From positions 735 through 64,734 of the IMG/VR virus record IMGVR_UViG_3300047560_001406: 64,000 nucleotides of DNA, one strand, 5' to 3'. A model generated the notes under the pieces. The model was given only the letters and a program-made list of their open reading frames with translations. It was not told the DNA's origin and searched no databases. The stretch comes from a virus. Lineage: Duplodnaviria; Caudoviricetes. A program made the translations under genes and the position numbers. Shown one piece after another: positions 61,092 to 64,000 of this stretch; the stretch's first letter is position 1, and each line of letters starts with the position of its first letter.

Positions 61092-61105
61092 AGTTTTATT
61101 ATACC

Positions 61106-61597
61106 TTATCTAAATCCAAATACTGAGAATGGAGAGAATCCAAACACTGAGAAGCTGAATCCAAAAACAGTAAATGGAACGAATCCAAATACGCTAAAGC
61201 TGAATCCAAAAACAGTAAATGGAACGAATCCAAATACGCTAAAGCTGAAGCCAAAGACAGTAAATGGTACGAAACCAAACACATTGAATGGTGCAAAACC
61301 AAAGACACCAAAAGGAGAAAAACCAAAAACACCAAAAGGTGTAAAAGTAAATGTTCCATATGTAAGATCTACATTTGACTCATACTCTGCTAGATTGCCA
61401 GCAGCAGGAACTTGAGATACAATTTTTCCATCTTTATCTTGATCAGATGCATCTGTATATGACTGTGCTGTCTCAGTACCGACTTTAAAACCATCAGAAA
61501 CGATTCCATACTCAGCATTAGTTTTAGTCATACCAACATAGTTGGTAACAACTTTCATCCCCTTAGAAGATGCCCATAAGCCGAAAGAACCTAGCAT
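61106..61597 (-). CDS. PASTA-domain protein plus Phe-rich repeat tail
   Basis: PASTA pattern V.NYVGMT...A...I...GF.V...GKIVSQ.PAAG......VDL; C-terminal (FGFxPFxV)n. Confidence 0.8.
   Translation of the reverse strand: MLGSFGLWASSKGMKVVTNYVGMTKTNAEYGIVSDGFKVGTETAQSYTDASDQDKDGKIVSQVPAAGNLAEYESNVDLTYGTFTFTPFGVFGFSPFGVFGFAPFNVFGFVPFTVFGFSFSVFGFVPFTVFGFSFSVFGFVPFTVFGFSFSVFGFSPFSVFGFR
61109..61351 (-). repeat. Coding repeat (F-G-F-x-P-F-x-V), 10 units plus FGFR
   Basis: 81 codons, 32 Phe; contains a near-exact 45-nt higher-order duplication. Confidence 0.95.
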
Positions 61598-61605
61598 CTA
61601 TTTCC

Positions 61606-62253
61606 CTATGCCGTCAAATCACCGATAAGGAGCCAGGCATTTGTATCAATTTTAGTAAGTACTGCACCTGAGTATCTTGAAGCGATTCTTCTGTTATCAT
61701 TTTTGCTATACAGCGTTACAGTTCCAATTAATGGAGCTATAGAGACATTTCCAGACCCCATACGTAGAATCTCAACCTTCTGACCAATCTTAAATGAGTT
61801 AGAAGAATTCTCTGGAATGTATACTGTTGTATCTGTTGATTCAGAAATCTTAAGGCTATTACCTGCATCTGATGCAACTAATGTATAAGAGTTTGCAGCA
61901 ACTGCAGGTGATGTAAGAATAGCTGAGTCATTTGATGAACGCCATCTAGTTCCATCATAAAACTGAATATCATTGATTGATGATCCATCTGCTGATTGTG
62001 CAACGAAACATACAAGACCAGTTACTGGAGATGTCAATGCTGCATCTCTAGCAGATGGGTTTGCAAAATTATTTATACCTGCTTTATCTTTTACCACTGT
62101 TTCAAACGTAACAGTGCTATCTGAAGAAAATGTTTGGTCTCCAGTCCAATTATAGTCTGCCGATGTATTAACAGTTGCAACACCTGCAATAGGTCTCCAA
62201 TTTGTACCATCAAATAGATATGCTACTTTTGGTTCAGAGCTGATATTTGCCAT
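61606..62253 (-). CDS. Short fibre-like protein
   Basis: FAN.SARDAAL.SP..G...F...YDGTRW; C-terminal YTLVASD...IP...W...GDLTA domain; start reassigned to MANISS. Confidence 0.7.
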   Translation of the reverse strand: MANISSEPKVAYLFDGTNWRPIAGVATVNTSADYNWTGDQTFSSDSTVTFETVVKDKAGINNFANPSARDAALTSPVTGLVCFVAQSADGSSINDIQFYDGTRWRSSNDSAILTSPAVAANSYTLVASDAGNSLKISESTDTTVYIPENSSNSFKIGQKVEILRMGSGNVSIAPLIGTVTLYSKNDNRRIASRYSGAVLTKIDTNAWLLIGDLTA

Positions 62254-62711
62254 TAGCCAACCACCTTCCATGTAGATGTACCTGAATCATAAACTTTTAG
62301 TATTGGTGTTGATCCAGAAGAATCAATCCAAAGAAGACCATTTGTAAGTCCTAGTGTTGGTGCTGTAGCTTGATATATAGATACTGCTGCTGCAGGAACA
62401 AAATCTACAGCTGCACTAGATGACATCCAAATTTGACCAGTCTGCGGAGTAGAAGGCTCTGTACCATATGAAGAACCAATTCCAGCAGCTGTGAGTGCAT
62501 CAATTTCATCTTGCATCACTTTAATGTAACGTGCAATCGAAGGATTGGGAAGATTGTTAATAGCACCAGATGCTGTTGGGTCAAACGTTGCTGAGCCATA
62601 TAGGAATAGCTTTAGAGCAGCCTGGATATCGGCAGGATCTTCATATCCTGGAACTTTTGTATTATATACTCCGCTTCCTTCAGCGGTACCGTCTATATTC
62701 TGTGCAGCCAT
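62253..62711 (-). CDS. Fibre-associated structural protein
   Basis: Repeated P...G.IW motifs and LKVYD...W. Confidence 0.55.
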   Translation of the reverse strand: MAAQNIDGTAEGSGVYNTKVPGYEDPADIQAALKLFLYGSATFDPTASGAINNLPNPSIARYIKVMQDEIDALTAAGIGSSYGTEPSTPQTGQIWMSSSAAVDFVPAAAVSIYQATAPTLGLTNGLLWIDSSGSTPILKVYDSGTSTWKVVG

Positions 62712-62728
62712 TTTTTCACCTTTCTAAA

Positions 62729-63313
62729 TTATACCATAGTGATGAATAAATGAACATTCTTTTGACCAGTTAGGCCAGTCCATTCTCCACCAGAAAACTC
62801 TGCTGCTCTAATCGTAATTGGCAGTGCTAAAACTTCCTCTGGGGATAGAGAAATATCTCCCAGAGTTATTGACGATGCAACTGGATTTTGATTTACGATT
62901 GAGTGTTGCACGTTAAAGCTTGATGATGTTGTATTTCCAATTTCAGATCCCTGACCCATAACGGAAACAACTGGTATCCAAACCTCAACAGATCCATTTA
63001 CAAAAGATAGCTGGTCATTCTTGCTAAACGTATTTGGATTAAGCTTGAAAATTGGTGACCATCCATATCCAGATGGCTTTGATACATATTGGTACATCCA
63101 CTGATATTCATCATCTGATGGAAGTAGGTTTACGTACATATCATAAACTACTGGAGTTTGTGGAAGTGTAACTAGCGATGGCTTTCCTTGTCCATAAAGA
63201 ATTACGCTACCACGATCACCTCTTTGTCCATAGTCAACAGCAATCTCAATATCTGTTGGTCCACCAAGAACATTTAGATCTATTGTAGATATTGAAGTAA
63301 CTATGTCAGTCAT
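62729..63313 (-). CDS. Putative structural protein
   Basis: GQRGDRGS.I..G.G.P...DMYVN motif. Confidence 0.55.
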   Translation of the reverse strand: MTDIVTSISTIDLNVLGGPTDIEIAVDYGQRGDRGSVILYGQGKPSLVTLPQTPVVYDMYVNLLPSDDEYQWMYQYVSKPSGYGWSPIFKLNPNTFSKNDQLSFVNGSVEVWIPVVSVMGQGSEIGNTTSSSFNVQHSIVNQNPVASSITLGDISLSPEEVLALPITIRAAEFSGGEWTGLTGQKNVHLFITMV

Positions 63314-63314
63314 G

Positions 63315-63692
63315 TTACAGAGCTCCTGTTACCTGGTCAGTTACAGTTATAGTTCCAGTTAAAAGTGTGTACACATATGGATATGTTTCACCAGACTCTG
63401 GTTCTCTTCTTACTTCAACATCATAAACATATTGAATGTTTGGTTCTAGCTGTGAACCCAGACCTGGAAGAATTGCACATTTGATGTATGTAAGGTTGCT
63501 AGATGAATCTGCTCCAACAACTGCATAGCCGTCATATGAAGTAGCACCATTTCCTCTAGCTGTAGCTACTGTAAATTTTACAGTAAATTGACTAAGGTCA
63601 AATGCTAGACCAGAAGTGTTCTTTGGAAAGATACGAAACTCTAATGTATCTCCCTTATAGTATTTAATATCGTATGATGCTGGATATGCCAT
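63315..63692 (-). CDS. BppU N-terminal-like structural protein
   Basis: YKGDT...DLS...YVYDVEV....TLLTGTITV...VT. Confidence 0.6.
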   Translation of the reverse strand: MAYPASYDIKYYKGDTLEFRIFPKNTSGLAFDLSQFTVKFTVATARGNGATSYDGYAVVGADSSSNLTYIKCAILPGLGSQLEPNIQYVYDVEVRREPESGETYPYVYTLLTGTITVTDQVTGAL

Positions 63693-63693
63693 A

Positions 63694-64000
63694 TTATACT
63701 CCCACCTGATTTACTGTTACTATGACTGAAGGAATTGCTGGATGTGCTCCAGCAGATATTGCTTCAAGAACTGTTGAGTTGCTAGTTGAAGACCAAACAA
63801 TTTCAAAATAATCATACTGGTCAGCACTTACAAAGAAATTCCATGCTGCAACAACGTAAGGATTATTTGATGTAACGTCTAGCTTTGTATTTGTCCATGG
63901 CATATCTGTGCCATTTTTTCTTAGCCAAATATTGATAATTCCAGAACTATTTGTCTGGTGGAACTGAGCTGAGAATGCGATATTAAATTTACCAGCTTTG
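63694..64000 (-). CDS. C-terminus of a fibre protein with a C1q/TNF-like head (start outside window)
   Basis: Frame stays open to the window edge: AGKFNIAFSAQFHQ...INIWLRKNGTD...AAWNFFV...DYFEIVW...PAIPSVIVTV. Confidence 0.55.
   Translation of the reverse strand, partial: KAGKFNIAFSAQFHQTNSSGIINIWLRKNGTDMPWTNTKLDVTSNNPYVVAAWNFFVSADQYDYFEIVWSSTSNSTVLEAISAGAHPAIPSVIVTVNQVGV

Noticed and set aside
63690-63705. TATAAT directly before the ATG of 63315..63692 as a leaderless promoter
   Set aside because: Zero spacing; the hexamer is formed by the upstream stop codon, and a GGGAG RBS explains the start.

Overview
The window is a 64-kb segment of an AT-rich, long-tailed dsDNA phage (siphovirus-like), with every credible gene on the minus strand. 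An actinobacterial host is inferred from leaderless promoters, a PASTA domain and the gene set. In transcription order (right to left) it holds: a fibre/accessory structural block, portal, prohead protease-scaffold, HK97-type capsid, neck and tail genes with a 2328-aa tape measure, and a replication/recombination block (DnaB, primase, SSB, DnaE, RecA, Cas4-like nuclease, two resolvases). These are followed by a displaced terminase pair, class II ribonucleotide reductase, and secreted/membrane proteins and proteases. The best candidate for an undescribed system is two otherwise unrelated proteins (Fn3-Fn3 and PASTA) that carry the same ~40% Phe C-terminal repeat, (F-G-F-x-P-F-x-V)n ending FGFSPFSVFGFR. 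Each is encoded directly after a fibre gene with the same C-terminal domain. One is followed by three 2OG-Fe(II) oxygenase-like genes (six such genes, seven domains, in the window), which suggests post-translationally modified fibre-tip adhesins. Other notable points: tail chaperones G and GT appear to come from two paralogous genes rather than a frameshift, and a promoter-containing hairpin sequesters the RBS of an HslV/proteasome-like gene. All calls come from reading motifs by eye; no database search was run.
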